Positions 1-10,504 of a stretch of 38,902 nt of DNA are shown here, in pieces. A model generated the notes under the pieces. The model was not told where the DNA came from and ran no database searches. It was given only the letters and a program-made list of their open reading frames with translations. This stretch comes from a virus (Duplodnaviria; Caudoviricetes), in IMG/VR virus record IMGVR_UViG_3300009111_000009, positions 1-38,902 of that record; one strand, written 5' to 3'. How positions within the stretch are numbered: position 1 is the stretch's first letter; every line of letters starts with the position of its first letter. The position numbers and the translations under genes were made by a program.

Positions 1-2021
1 GCCAGCGGGTTCAGAATGTCGTAAAAATCTTTCCAATCCCCTTGCAATTCACCCTGCCTGCCGGTCCTAAGCATGTCGATATACTTCACAAACTCATCCG
101 GAGTGGCGGATCTAAGGCGTTTTCCCGTCTTGGCTAAACGTAATTCAAGGGTGGTGATCAGTTTGTCTTTCTGTCCCTTCATGCGATAAAGGGCAACCTT
201 GCTTTCTCCCGTTACCCCATGTTCGGGATAGAAGATAAAATCCATTATCCGGTTGTAATCCTTGACCGGTTTGGATTCCTTCAGGTCCGAAATGTATTGC
301 TTAACCTCCTTACGGGTAGGGGGGGCAGGCTGGGTAATGCCCTCCGCCGTGACGATGGGGGGTCTCTCTGGGGGGGCCAGGGGTGTTTCCTTGCCTTTTG
401 GGGAGATAGGTCTGCCAAAGGCGTCATACTGGTCGAATTTGGAAATAACCCCGAGGTTTTCAGCAGCAGTAAATATCCTGTCTTTTTCCTCCGGTGACAT
501 ATTTGGATCGTCGCGGATGCCATCCCTAAAAGACTTGTTCGCCAGATCCATGGGGACAAAGGGCCAATTTTCATCCCAGCCTGCATCCTGCTGTTCTTTT
601 AGCGATAGATCACGAACAGAGGGGATTGCTTCGGCTGACTTACCTGACGAGATAATCTCAGCCGCCTCGTCAGGTTTCATTTTATTGATCGCGGCCTGAT
701 CATAACCAAGACCCCTTAAAGCAATCTCGTCAGCCTTGGTGATCATCATCTTTACGCTGGCTTCTTGACCTTTACCTATTTGGGAGTCTTCTTTTGGAAA
801 GGGAAGCTCTTCTTGCCTTTCTGTGGTCCCTTCTGGGGCAACACTTGGGGCAACATTGGATTTTTCGAATCCAGGGAGAAGGGGTTGACGTTCTTCGAGG
901 CTTTGGGTTTCATCGGCATTTTGGAAGTTTTGGGTTTCATATCTTTCTCCTGGTTTTGGTTTGTTAACTGCTCTTTTGACCTGTTCTTCTACAGCCGTTG
1001 CGTGGTCAATACCGGTTTCTTTTGAAGGCATAACGTTTTCTGTCTGCGGCTGTTCTCCTCCAACCGGGGGTGCCGGTTTCGGACCAGGCACCTTAATTCC
1101 CTTAATCAGACCCGTTATGCCATGAGCGGCACCGAACGCTCCCGCGCCGGTCAGTACATTCGTCAACCGTTCTTGCCAGTTTTCAGCGGGTTCGGTTGCG
1201 CCAGCCCCCGCCCCCAAGGCGGCGCTGCGTCCATATTCAAATCTGTTAAGGATCTTCTTTTCGTAGCTATTCAGCGGAGTATTGCCCTTGATCTTGTCGA
1301 AGATAAGCTTGACAGTAGGATTCATCTTGGATGCCAAAGCTTCTATTGCTCCACCGGCACCCTCAAACATGCTGAACATGGCAGCGTCTTTCAAAGCATT
1401 ACTACCACGGGTTTCGCCTTCTTCAGGTTTACGGAGTCCGCCCCACAACCCGCCGATTTCCGCGCCCCGCGCCATCCCACCAATGATCGAGGCAGCTCTG
1501 GGCACCAAACCGACCGCCTGAAGCCCTTTTGCCACCGGGGCTATAGCAAGACCCATGCCGACCAAATGAGCGCTGTTAGCGGCGATCTTGTGCCCCATAC
1601 CGGCATTTTTTGGAGTCTCAATGGTATCGTCAGCATACCCCCCGGTGATACCCTTCATAAGTTTCGAGGGGATGTCCCCATACTGGGGCATTTCCTGTTT
1701 CAAAACGGTATTGACTTGTCCCGTAAAGGTAGGGTGTTGCTCAACAAACTGCTCTCCCTCCCGGCCAGCTTCCTCAAGGGCCTTGTTGCCGATAAGCTTT
1801 CCTAGCCCGGTAATCCCTTTTTGGGCGTACTTGGAAACAAAGCCATAGGGGTTGAAACCCATGCCTTGAGATTTCTGCGAAAGATGCCTGATAATATCCT
1901 GATCCTGGTAGCCCTCTTTCCGCGCCCCCTCTATATCAAACTTGCGGGACTTGGCGAGATAGTTGGCTATATCGGCATCTCCATAACCTTCTTTTCGTGC
2001 TGCTTCAATATCAAAGGCCAT
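1..2021 (-). CDS. Large internal virion (ejection) protein, runs off the left window edge
   Basis: Missing from the ORF track because it has no stop in the window. ATG at 2021; frame open in every segment I translated, including at the edge. N-terminus has two repeats FDIEAARKEGYGDADIANYL / FDIEGARKEGYQDQDIIRHL, then a Gly/Ala-rich segment and the motif MITKADEIALRGLGYDQAAINKMKPDEAAEII. It sits at the end of the virion operon. Confidence 0.75.
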   Translation of the reverse strand, partial: MAFDIEAARKEGYGDADIANYLAKSRKFDIEGARKEGYQDQDIIRHLSQKSQGMGFNPYGFVSKYAQKGITGLGKLIGNKALEEAGREGEQFVEQHPTFTGQVNTVLKQEMPQYGDIPSKLMKGITGGYADDTIETPKNAGMGHKIAANSAHLVGMGLAIAPVAKGLQAVGLVPRAASIIGGMARGAEIGGLWGGLRKPEEGETRGSNALKDAAMFSMFEGAGGAIEALASKMNPTVKLIFDKIKGNTPLNSYEKKILNRFEYGRSAALGAGAGATEPAENWQERLTNVLTGAGAFGAAHGITGLIKGIKVPGPKPAPPVGGEQPQTENVMPSKETGIDHATAVEEQVKRAVNKPKPGERYETQNFQNADETQSLEERQPLLPGFEKSNVAPSVAPEGTTERQEELPFPKEDSQIGKGQEASVKMMITKADEIALRGLGYDQAAINKMKPDEAAEIISSGKSAEAIPSVRDLSLKEQQDAGWDENWPFVPMDLANKSFRDGIRDDPNMSPEEKDRIFTAAENLGVISKFDQYDAFGRPISPKGKETPLAPPERPPIVTAEGITQPAPPTRKEVKQYISDLKESKPVKDYNRIMDFIFYPEHGVTGESKVALYRMKGQKDKLITTLELRLAKTGKRLRSATPDEFVKYIDMLRTGRQGELQGDWKDFYDILNPL

Positions 2022-2030
2022 ATCTCTTAC

Positions 2031-3992
2031 CTACTTATCAAAAGCAGACAAAGGTTTTACTGGTTGCTTCCGATTTTGAGGGACTACCGCCTCCGGTCTT
2101 CCACCAGTAAATTCATTATATTCAGCTACTGCTTTATCATACTTTGCTTGCAAAGCTGGTTTTTCAGCCCTAGTAGCCTTACCAAGTTGAGTACTTAAGT
2201 TATTTACCTTCCTGGTTAAGTATCTTTCTCTTTTTGACGGTTTATCCTCTTTCAAATACTTAGCTTGTTCCCGTTTTAACCCAGCACCAGCAATAGATTC
2301 TGTTGCACTAGCTCCTGCTTCTCCAGCCTGTGCATTCGCAAGCCGTGTTTTGGGTCCAGTAATAAAACCTCTCTCATCCAGTATCTTGCCAATTTCCGCC
2401 TCTTCCTTCCTTGCAGACCAATTTTCCCTGTTAGCCTTTGCCTTTATCTCATATATTTCCGCCTTAAGCTTCGCCAGCTTACCTTCCGCTTCCGTAGTAG
2501 GAGCCAACCCTTCCATTGCTCGATAAAATTCAGGCATAGTCAACCCAGCAGGGATTGTTTTGTATGCAGGCATCTTACCTGTTGCTTCATCCGGATAGAT
2601 CCACTCGACGGTTTTTGAAGTCCCATCGCGTGAGGTAATCGGTACGCCCATATTATGCGTTGAGAGTACATCTCTTGAAATAAGTCCTTTTCGTTCCAAT
2701 CCCTGTAATTGACGTTCCCAATCCTGCAATCCTTTTTTTGCTTTGTTTTCACGTATTAAATCGTCTCTCATGCCACCGATCTTCCCGGTCACCTCGGCAT
2801 CCTGTCTCTCGTCCAGTAATGCCGCAAGCCGAGGATCGTTGTCGTCAAGAGGGATATATTTACCGGTTGCGGTATCAATCGCCGTATGTTCAGCTACGAT
2901 ACCTCTGCCGGGTTTCCACGAAGCAACCCTGCCGTAATATTTCAAGCCTTCAGCTTCAGGATGAGGGTAGGTGTAAGCTGACTCGTCGTCATTCTGAAGG
3001 GGTTTGTAGTACGGCTTAAAAAAATCACTATCGGGATTGTAGAAAGTATTTTTTTGTTTTGCCGCCAAGGCATCAATGGTCTGTTGAAACGCTGCCGCTT
3101 CGTCAGGCGTTGTAGCAGAAGTTGCACTAGAAGCTGCGCCAGACACACCGGCAGAATAACTTCTTCGGTTCGATTTCTTCCGTGACGCTTTACCTTGGAC
3201 CCCTCCCGTGGTTCGACGGGGAGCGGGGGTGGAAGAGCCAGCCTGTACCCCAGACGGTGTTGGCTGAACAGGACTGACACCAGGAGCAGGAGCGGGAGCA
3301 GCGGGAGCCGGGTTCATGACAGGAGCCGACGAAGAAGTAGGGGTATCAGTAATGAAATCAAGAAACTTATTAAATTTCTGTATCCCTCTGGCATAATCCT
3401 GCTTCGTTTCCTGTACCCAATTAGGGTTATAGTGAGACTGCTCTTGGGTAACCGGACGAGCAGACTGCTCTATAGCAGTGGGGTTCAACCCAATCCCCCG
3501 TATGGCATCCATCTGCTTCTGTTTCCAGTCGAGGTCGAATTGGACTTCTCCACCACCCGCATAGCCTTGAGGGCTAACGCCTGTTGTCAACCCCTTTCCC
3601 GGTCCAGTAGTAGGCCGCTCCTGTGAACGATCAGCTAGTCCTCCGTTCCGCCGTGCAATAGCCTTCCCGGCATCAATCACCCCCAAGAAGTAATCAGAAC
3701 CGAACACGTTCACAACTTCATTCGGGATTACGATCTCTCCCGGCTCTGCCATGATCGGGATCTTGTCGCCCACTCCTTGGCCGGGGACAACTTCGCCGCC
3801 ATCCTGGTAGCCCGGATAGGAGTCCGTGGTATCTTCACTTTTGAATTGCGGTGTCGTAGTCGAAGATATACCCGGATTGGCCCTGAACGTATTGGTCATA
3901 GGGTTCGATGAGGGCAGCTTTACCCCGCTGCTGTACTCATGCATCGCCTCTTGTATAAATGATTGCCAATCGGAAGTCATGGGGGCCATCAT
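2031..3992 (-). CDS. Internal virion / DNA ejection protein
   Basis: 653 aa, low-complexity Pro/Ala/Ser regions. Motif YQDGGEVVPGQGVGDKIPIMAEPGEIVIPNEVV resembles the GG.V.GPG..D.IPAML..GE.VIP..VV motif of tape-measure and internal proteins. Confidence 0.65.
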   Translation of the reverse strand: MMAPMTSDWQSFIQEAMHEYSSGVKLPSSNPMTNTFRANPGISSTTTPQFKSEDTTDSYPGYQDGGEVVPGQGVGDKIPIMAEPGEIVIPNEVVNVFGSDYFLGVIDAGKAIARRNGGLADRSQERPTTGPGKGLTTGVSPQGYAGGGEVQFDLDWKQKQMDAIRGIGLNPTAIEQSARPVTQEQSHYNPNWVQETKQDYARGIQKFNKFLDFITDTPTSSSAPVMNPAPAAPAPAPGVSPVQPTPSGVQAGSSTPAPRRTTGGVQGKASRKKSNRRSYSAGVSGAASSATSATTPDEAAAFQQTIDALAAKQKNTFYNPDSDFFKPYYKPLQNDDESAYTYPHPEAEGLKYYGRVASWKPGRGIVAEHTAIDTATGKYIPLDDNDPRLAALLDERQDAEVTGKIGGMRDDLIRENKAKKGLQDWERQLQGLERKGLISRDVLSTHNMGVPITSRDGTSKTVEWIYPDEATGKMPAYKTIPAGLTMPEFYRAMEGLAPTTEAEGKLAKLKAEIYEIKAKANRENWSARKEEAEIGKILDERGFITGPKTRLANAQAGEAGASATESIAGAGLKREQAKYLKEDKPSKRERYLTRKVNNLSTQLGKATRAEKPALQAKYDKAVAEYNEFTGGRPEAVVPQNRKQPVKPLSAFDK

Positions 3993-4006
3993 CGTTTCTC
4001 CTCACG

Positions 4007-5542
4007 TTAGCTGTTATACTCGGTAAATACGTTGGTAAGTTTGGCGTTCTTGAGTTCATCAGCCATATCCACCCTTGCTTGGTCCAACGTCCTCTCCATC
4101 TCTTGATACCTAATCTGTTCCATCACTATCCCATGTAAAACGCGCCGGGATTGCTCAATATCCCGATATTCACCAGCTAGAATGGCCGCAATATAATCTG
4201 CTACGGCTTGTGCCGGTTTTGCATTGGAGATAGCGAGTTCCGCCTGAACTTCAGCCAGCCTTGCCCGTTCCCGTTCCTCTATATTGGTCACCTGGGCGTC
4301 AATAAGCGCTCCTTGGGATTCAGCCTGCATTTCCAGGGCAGGCGGGTAGGACTGCATCATGGTATTATGAGAGGCAACAATCTTTAACTCGGTGCTGTAT
4401 TTATTTTTCAATGCGTCAAGCTCTACCTGCAAAGATGCTGCCTTGATCCGGACATCTGCGGCATACAATTGCGCTTCCTCGGTCTTTGCCATAATAGTAG
4501 CCGTCTGGGCGCTAAGTACTTGCTGGTGAGCTAGCTCAACAATATTTTTAACACCAAGGATAAATGCTTCAACAGAGACCCTAAATGTATCTATGTTAAG
4601 AGCTATTGCTTCCGCTTCTTTTTTTGCAAGCTGCATTTGGGCATTATAAAGACTGATCAGATCTTCATTCGCCTTCACTTCTGCCATATACCGAGCAAGT
4701 ATCGACCTAGCTAGTTTCGCTTTAACCTTTTCAGCAGCTATCAACGCTTCTATCATCTGAATACGTTTTCCAGCCAAATCGACTTCCGCCACATACAAAT
4801 CAGACATAACACGATAGGCATTGATGTATGCCTCATACTGTTTCAAGAGAAGGTTGTAGTGCTCTATGGACTTTTTAATCGCATCCTTTGCAAAAACCAG
4901 CTCCAAGTCCTTCTGCATGGAATACTGGGTTCTCTTTTGCTTTTCAATCTCCAAAACGATAGAAAGGTAAGTCTCCAGATTCCTGACTCGGATTGCTTCT
5001 TTTAAAGAATCTCGTGCCCCTGCATAGAGCGATTTGTTGTATGCCAACTCTTTGTTCCGGTACGAAGACAGGACATCGGTATAACCAAAAACCTCAATGG
5101 CGTTATAAGTGCCATCCCATGTAGCGTTGTTGATCCTCTCGAAGTTTGCCCACACAGAATCCGTGGCATTATCCAAGGTGGCAACCTGGAGAGCGATGGT
5201 GTCCAGGATAAGGTTGAGATAGGCGGTATAAGCCCAGTTCACCGAAGCATCAGGTATGACAACGGACATTTCGGGAACGGTCATGGTGAACTGCGAAAAC
5301 GTAATACTGGGAGGTGTCGGAATATGGATGACTGCCTTGTCCGGTGGAGTGGCGGTAGGGTAGGTATACTCGGGTGGAGGTAAAGTCAGTTCGGTAAATT
5401 CAGGAGGAGTGCCGGTGTCCACATCCCCGAGCCCCGGATAATTGAATACGGGTAACGGAGGGACAGAATAGCTCACGCTCGGCCATACTACCGACCCAAG
5501 AGTGACATTCGGGATTGTTGGCATTTGAAAATTTACCGGCAT
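4007..5542 (-). CDS. Virion protein, Pro-rich N-terminus plus long coiled coil
   Basis: 511 aa, about 95-aa Pro/Thr-rich head, then heptad-like Ala/Glu/Lys helix; within the tail/internal module. Confidence 0.6.
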   Translation of the reverse strand: MPVNFQMPTIPNVTLGSVVWPSVSYSVPPLPVFNYPGLGDVDTGTPPEFTELTLPPPEYTYPTATPPDKAVIHIPTPPSITFSQFTMTVPEMSVVIPDASVNWAYTAYLNLILDTIALQVATLDNATDSVWANFERINNATWDGTYNAIEVFGYTDVLSSYRNKELAYNKSLYAGARDSLKEAIRVRNLETYLSIVLEIEKQKRTQYSMQKDLELVFAKDAIKKSIEHYNLLLKQYEAYINAYRVMSDLYVAEVDLAGKRIQMIEALIAAEKVKAKLARSILARYMAEVKANEDLISLYNAQMQLAKKEAEAIALNIDTFRVSVEAFILGVKNIVELAHQQVLSAQTATIMAKTEEAQLYAADVRIKAASLQVELDALKNKYSTELKIVASHNTMMQSYPPALEMQAESQGALIDAQVTNIEERERARLAEVQAELAISNAKPAQAVADYIAAILAGEYRDIEQSRRVLHGIVMEQIRYQEMERTLDQARVDMADELKNAKLTNVFTEYNS

Positions 5543-5553
5543 AACATTTTCCC

Positions 5554-7005
5554 TTAAGGTGGCGCTTTCTGACCACCATCCACCTTATAAAAATCAGATC
5601 TAACTAGGGCATTCGCCGCGTTCACAGCCGCTTCGATCATTAGCGCTTTTCTCTCCATGGCTACTAAAGACATTTGCGTCCGATACAAACTTTCGGCGTC
5701 AGTAAGAGCCGCCTCTGTTTCTTCCTTGGAGTTCTGGGCAACGTCTACTTCAGCCTTTCGTCTCTCCTCCCTCTCGAAGGCATCGTTGTAGATTTTTTGC
5801 AGTGCATTTGCTATGGCCGTGTTGGCAATCACTCCGGATACGGCTGTTTCAGCCCTTGCAATCGCAATTCTGGCCTCATCTATTGCAGCCGCCAGATTCT
5901 CCCTTGCCAGCGTAACGATATTCCTTTGTCCCTCATATTCCGCGTCAGCCAGTTCGATAGCAGAGCTTAATTCCGATTTTGCTTTTTGCACCAAAACAGC
6001 ATTCTCTTCCAAATTACTCTTCGCAACTTCAACCGCAATTTTATATTTTTCGAGTTCAGCAAGGTTGATTTCAGCTTTTGCCTTCTGGACTTCGTACTGC
6101 GCTGTTACCGCATTAGTCAGAGACAAAGTAAGTTCGGCGCGGGACACCTCTGTTTGAGCTTCCAGCTTCTCTATTTCCAACTGGATTATATAGACTTCGT
6201 AAGAGAGTAACGCCAGCTTCGCCTTATCAACCTCAAATTGGATCGCTGCGCTATACACTTCAAGCATAAGGATTTCGATCTCAATTTGCAGTTCAGGTAT
6301 CTGTAGTTGTGATATATAGGCTTCAAGCTCCTTAATCTTTGCCTCATTCTCGGCTACAACCTGCCTGATCTGCTGTTCAACAGCGGACAAACTCTTGTTG
6401 TAAGCTTCTATTTTCAGAGCTGCACCTTGCAAACCCGCCTCTATGACGGTTGACGCGGCTTCGAAAGTAGCTGATTGTAGCCTGTGATGGGAATCAAACT
6501 GGATAGCATTGTCATCCAACCCCAGTTTTAAAGCCTTTTCTATGGCATCGAGGGAGAAGATAACTCCATTCTCGGTAAGCTTTAATGCTTCCTCGGAGAG
6601 GGTCCGTCGCTCCTCCATGGTCAGGTCTTTCATTGCCGACATGATGTGCCCAGGCATCTGCACATAATTTTTCTTGCCAGCGTCCTGAAGTAACTGTCTC
6701 CTCGCTTGGTCGTATTTCCGCAGAACCTGATCTTTTGCCAAAAGCCAGTTCGCAATCAAGGAGCTATTCGGGATCACATAAGAAGTCAGATCAACTATTT
6801 TGCTATCAAGATCGGATTGAAGAATGGATGCATAGGCTTGATAAACAAAGGGAATTGTCCCCATTACCGTGCTCTCCGGCTCCAGGGGGAGAATCCCGGT
6901 GAAGGTAGGGAGCACCAACGGTTCTGGCAAGATCGTGTCAAAAGTCGGCAGTTCGCCAAGAACCGGAGTTGTTAATACAGGAGGTATAGGTAAAGGTATG
7001 TTCAT
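5554..7005 (-). CDS. Virion protein, Pro-rich N-terminus plus long coiled coil (probable paralog of 4007-5542)
   Basis: 483 aa, same architecture as the neighbouring gene. Confidence 0.6.
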   Translation of the reverse strand: MNIPLPIPPVLTTPVLGELPTFDTILPEPLVLPTFTGILPLEPESTVMGTIPFVYQAYASILQSDLDSKIVDLTSYVIPNSSLIANWLLAKDQVLRKYDQARRQLLQDAGKKNYVQMPGHIMSAMKDLTMEERRTLSEEALKLTENGVIFSLDAIEKALKLGLDDNAIQFDSHHRLQSATFEAASTVIEAGLQGAALKIEAYNKSLSAVEQQIRQVVAENEAKIKELEAYISQLQIPELQIEIEILMLEVYSAAIQFEVDKAKLALLSYEVYIIQLEIEKLEAQTEVSRAELTLSLTNAVTAQYEVQKAKAEINLAELEKYKIAVEVAKSNLEENAVLVQKAKSELSSAIELADAEYEGQRNIVTLARENLAAAIDEARIAIARAETAVSGVIANTAIANALQKIYNDAFEREERRKAEVDVAQNSKEETEAALTDAESLYRTQMSLVAMERKALMIEAAVNAANALVRSDFYKVDGGQKAPP

Positions 7006-8180
7006 CTCAACATCACCAGTGCTGTCAACTCGACAAAATCAACAGCATCCACTTGAGTAAGGTTAAACGTCCATTCACGTCCTTCATGACCTTTAACAAC
7101 CTTGATTCTTCCGTCAAAGATGTAGTACTGGACTTCACCTAATTCCGTTATCATCTTTACCGCAGGAGTTTCGCCAACTACTCCGAAATACCCCCTATAC
7201 AGACGTTTTTTATAATGAAACCCCATGTTGTAGAGATTGATCTTTACGCCTGTCTGGATCTCTTCAGAGTCATCATCTGTGCCCTCCACCAAAGTATAAA
7301 TTCCACCACTATCGGCAGCATAAACAGTGCTGTCCAACTCCACAAAAGAGTTAAAATTGAAGTTTGTGTATATCGAGGGGGCCAAAGATTCCGTGTTTAA
7401 CACCCAACATTGATAGATCTGTCCGTCCAGAACCAACCTGAAATCAATATCAATCTCATCCAGCAGACTGTTGCTGAAAGAAGCCGTGCTGATACCCGCG
7501 TCAACAGCACTCAAGGCGCTGATTACCACGGCATTTCTGGTAAGGGATTGCCCGACTGTTTCTGTCGTGCCCACGATCTCATGGATCGCGCAACCGAGGA
7601 CAAACAGAGCAAGCCCACTGTCAGACCCGGACAAAACCTCTGCCAGTGTTTTCCCAAAACCCTTCACGGCAGTACCGGTAATGCTGCATGCGTCCAATAT
7701 CCTGTCAGTGCCTTTTCGATTGATAATCACGGTATCCAACGTATTCAAATACTCTTGGATAACCAACATCATCCGGCTGTCAAAGCTTTCGGCCAGGGCC
7801 AGTGCTTCGGCCAAAGTCAAGCGGAGCACCTTGGCCAAATCAGCGTGATCGTAAATCATCACTGCGTCTTGCGCGATTTGAGTCCCCCTGTATTTGGGGG
7901 TCAAAACATCTTCCAGGGAAAGATTGTCGTAGGCAAGAATGGCACGAATACCAATCACCGTCATAACCGCAGCGAAAGAATCGCTGATCTGTCTTCCCCA
8001 GCCAAAAACCAATGATGGCGAAGTGAGATTGAACGAATCCGAATTCGTCGCGGTATTAGCCCAAGCATTCTGGTCTATCGTGGTACAGGCAAACGTGTCC
8101 TGAATCCTCATGCCAACGCCACTTACGTCCGCTTCGGTAATATTGGTGGTTTCGGCTATGGTTTCATTGTAGTCACTCAT
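7002..8180 (-). CDS. Putative tail structural protein
   Basis: 392 aa, periodic Asp/Ser/Thr region, C-terminal beta domain (WVLNTESLAPSIYTNFNFNSF); 4-nt overlap with the next gene. Confidence 0.55.
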   Translation of the reverse strand: MSDYNETIAETTNITEADVSGVGMRIQDTFACTTIDQNAWANTATNSDSFNLTSPSLVFGWGRQISDSFAAVMTVIGIRAILAYDNLSLEDVLTPKYRGTQIAQDAVMIYDHADLAKVLRLTLAEALALAESFDSRMMLVIQEYLNTLDTVIINRKGTDRILDACSITGTAVKGFGKTLAEVLSGSDSGLALFVLGCAIHEIVGTTETVGQSLTRNAVVISALSAVDAGISTASFSNSLLDEIDIDFRLVLDGQIYQCWVLNTESLAPSIYTNFNFNSFVELDSTVYAADSGGIYTLVEGTDDDSEEIQTGVKINLYNMGFHYKKRLYRGYFGVVGETPAVKMITELGEVQYYIFDGRIKVVKGHEGREWTFNLTQVDAVDFVELTALVMLR

Positions 8181-8188
8181 GCCTGCCT

Positions 8189-8353
8189 CTAAAATTCAGG
8201 TTTAACTCCAGCCGAACAGTAGCCAACAGTATGTTCCGCATCAGCCCATCTCCAGTAAGAAGCGCATTGACTGGCGCAACAGGCAATCAGTCTTGGGCCA
8301 GGCCCTGCGAACACCAAACAATTCTTGGTTCTTGCTTCGTCTTCTGTGAACAT
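8189..8353 (-). CDS. Small Cys-rich protein (MFTEDEARTKNC...CCASQCASYWRW...GYC)
   Basis: G-rich RBS before ATG 8353; pattern like a common phage MTEEEA.TK.C...C..C..WRW...GYC family. Confidence 0.65.
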   Translation of the reverse strand: MFTEDEARTKNCLVFAGPGPRLIACCASQCASYWRWADAEHTVGYCSAGVKPEF

Positions 8354-8363
8354 ATCTTCCCCC

Positions 8364-9914
8364 TTAAGGACGAACTGGGTTTGCAACCATCTTTAAGTCC
8401 GGAACATAATAAGCAAAATATTGGTAAGTAGCCATGGAGCCATCCTCTTTTACCGTAAACTTTGCTGCTTCGTCGGTTACATCATGATATCTCATTACCA
8501 TACTGTATGTCTTTTGCTTGGTTACCGGATCGGTACTTCTGACAAACAAGCATGCTCCTTGGTATCCTTCTCCTGCAAAATCATTGGTATGGATTAGCCA
8601 TGAAAAAGTAATGTACTTGCCATGATCATACATCAATATATTATAGCTCCATAGTTGCATGTTTTCCGGCCAATCCAGTTCCCACGATTGGCTACCTATG
8701 TGAGCGGTATATGAAAAATGAGTTTCCGTAGGTAACTGGATAGGAGAAGTATAGTAAGTATACATTTGATACCCATTCATTAAAACATATAGCACAACTT
8801 CTTCATAGCTTTTGGCCGGGTCTGGACTATCTCCAGGATAATCGTTCGCTGCCACCACGGAATCGAAATACTCTTCCAATTCACCAACAATATATCGGCC
8901 AGTTGATCCTCCATCCGTATGATAGGGGACATCAACCATGAGAACAGTACTCGTCCCCGGCTCCAGAATTTCATCCATCGCAAATACAGTGTTCCTGAAG
9001 TTTTCAGCAGGAATTTCTTCGATATGCATTATCGGCACCGAAGACGTATCCCCACCTGCCTCCCAATAAGGCGTCGAATACACGGCAGAGATAAGCCCGT
9101 CGTTCTCCCGTACCAAGAGGTTCTGTGTAAAATATCTTTCATGTACTCTTGTACTGGTTCCGAGGGTGGTATCATATTCACGACGGGTTTCCGTGATATA
9201 GCCAAGCTCCCCTGAGAAACCAGCCTGCGAAAGGTAGCCGTGCAGTCTCCCGTCCGCATGCTCCAGTCCCGACAAGAGCACCGTTACGTCAAGATCATCA
9301 GCGATTGTTTCATAAACATCCAAGGGCCAGAAACTTGTCCAAGTCATCCCGGCCCACGCGATTATTGTTCCTGCGGGTCCATAAACAAAAACACATGACC
9401 AATGCTGACGGGTGATGATAAGAGGGTTATAACCAAACAAAGGACCATAACTGGCTGTCTCGTTAAGAGTGGTAACGTAATCCCAGTTCCACGCCCCCAT
9501 TTCCGTTAATTCATCATACGTCTGGGCGCAAAACAGATCCTTTAGCTGGAAGGTATCGACAATCACGCCAAGGTGACCGGATGTCTCACCCTCAACCAAA
9601 GAGACTTCGCCGCCAGAGCGTCCATAATATGACCAACTAAAGGTGTATATCCTCCCCAAGTCGTAAATCTGGAAAGCAGGATAAACGTTTGCCGGAATGG
9701 CGAGAGCATTCCAGACAACATCACCGTCTACCCCAGGAACTGAATAACCTCCGGAAGAAGTCCCCGGTATCGGCATCGGGGATGGGTAGTCCATCCCCGC
9801 CATAGTCCAGCGCCGATTTGCCAAGTCCTGAAAAGACCTGCCAACAGGATCGCCCTGCATAAGCCTTTGTGTCGGCACCCAGAAATCTGGTATGTAGTTC
9901 GGTTTTTGAGCCAT
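8364..9914 (-). CDS. Putative tail or receptor-binding protein
   Basis: 516 aa, Tyr/Trp/Thr-rich, acidic; tail module position. Confidence 0.5.
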   Translation of the reverse strand: MAQKPNYIPDFWVPTQRLMQGDPVGRSFQDLANRRWTMAGMDYPSPMPIPGTSSGGYSVPGVDGDVVWNALAIPANVYPAFQIYDLGRIYTFSWSYYGRSGGEVSLVEGETSGHLGVIVDTFQLKDLFCAQTYDELTEMGAWNWDYVTTLNETASYGPLFGYNPLIITRQHWSCVFVYGPAGTIIAWAGMTWTSFWPLDVYETIADDLDVTVLLSGLEHADGRLHGYLSQAGFSGELGYITETRREYDTTLGTSTRVHERYFTQNLLVRENDGLISAVYSTPYWEAGGDTSSVPIMHIEEIPAENFRNTVFAMDEILEPGTSTVLMVDVPYHTDGGSTGRYIVGELEEYFDSVVAANDYPGDSPDPAKSYEEVVLYVLMNGYQMYTYYTSPIQLPTETHFSYTAHIGSQSWELDWPENMQLWSYNILMYDHGKYITFSWLIHTNDFAGEGYQGACLFVRSTDPVTKQKTYSMVMRYHDVTDEAAKFTVKEDGSMATYQYFAYYVPDLKMVANPVRP

Positions 9915-9915
9915 T

Positions 9916-10491
9916 TTATGTCGAAGTAGCAGTAATCTGGTACGTCACATAAAGAATGTCACCATTAAGTACTGCCCGAGAGCTATCAAACTTTTTCCCT
10001 GCCAGAAGTTTGCCCGTGGTAGCGGTCTTTGCTTGGGAGGACGCAACAAACGCGCCATACACAGTAATCCCGGCAACAATGTCGAACTCGGCCTTAGAAG
10101 CGGAATTGGTAATAACCCCGCCTGACGCCCCTACGATGGTATATGTTGGGCGATTGGTAGCCGGGGTATAGTCGGCATCCTGGCATTCCCCGTAATAACC
10201 GGCCACGCCCAATGAGTTTGCGGCTGTATTGGTGTTTATCGGAGTGTAATTGGTCTTGAAAATCCCAACATACCAAGTAGTAATCTGCGCTGCTCCGCCT
10301 ATTGACGTATCAAGGATTGAGTTCAGTCCCTCGGTAGGGATGATGTTCTTACCCTGATATTGCTCAAAACAAAGATAATGACCATCTCGTTTGTGGTCCA
10401 AAAATACTTCGCCTGTAACTTGTATTCTGGCATCTCTCTCTTGAGTTGCTAACTTGAGATCGTCCAGACTGTAAATATTAACCTTCCCCAT
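9916..10491 (-). CDS. Tail/baseplate-type structural protein
   Basis: Motifs KNIIPTEGLNSILD...TWYVGIF...ITVYGAF...VLNGDILYVTYQIT, typical of phage virion proteins. Confidence 0.65.
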   Translation of the reverse strand: MGKVNIYSLDDLKLATQERDARIQVTGEVFLDHKRDGHYLCFEQYQGKNIIPTEGLNSILDTSIGGAAQITTWYVGIFKTNYTPINTNTAANSLGVAGYYGECQDADYTPATNRPTYTIVGASGGVITNSASKAEFDIVAGITVYGAFVASSQAKTATTGKLLAGKKFDSSRAVLNGDILYVTYQITATST

Positions 10492-10504
10492 GTCTCTCTC
10501 CTTT

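Noticed and set aside
8364-9914. Diversity-generating retroelement target
   Set aside because: No reverse transcriptase and no template/variable repeat pair seen.
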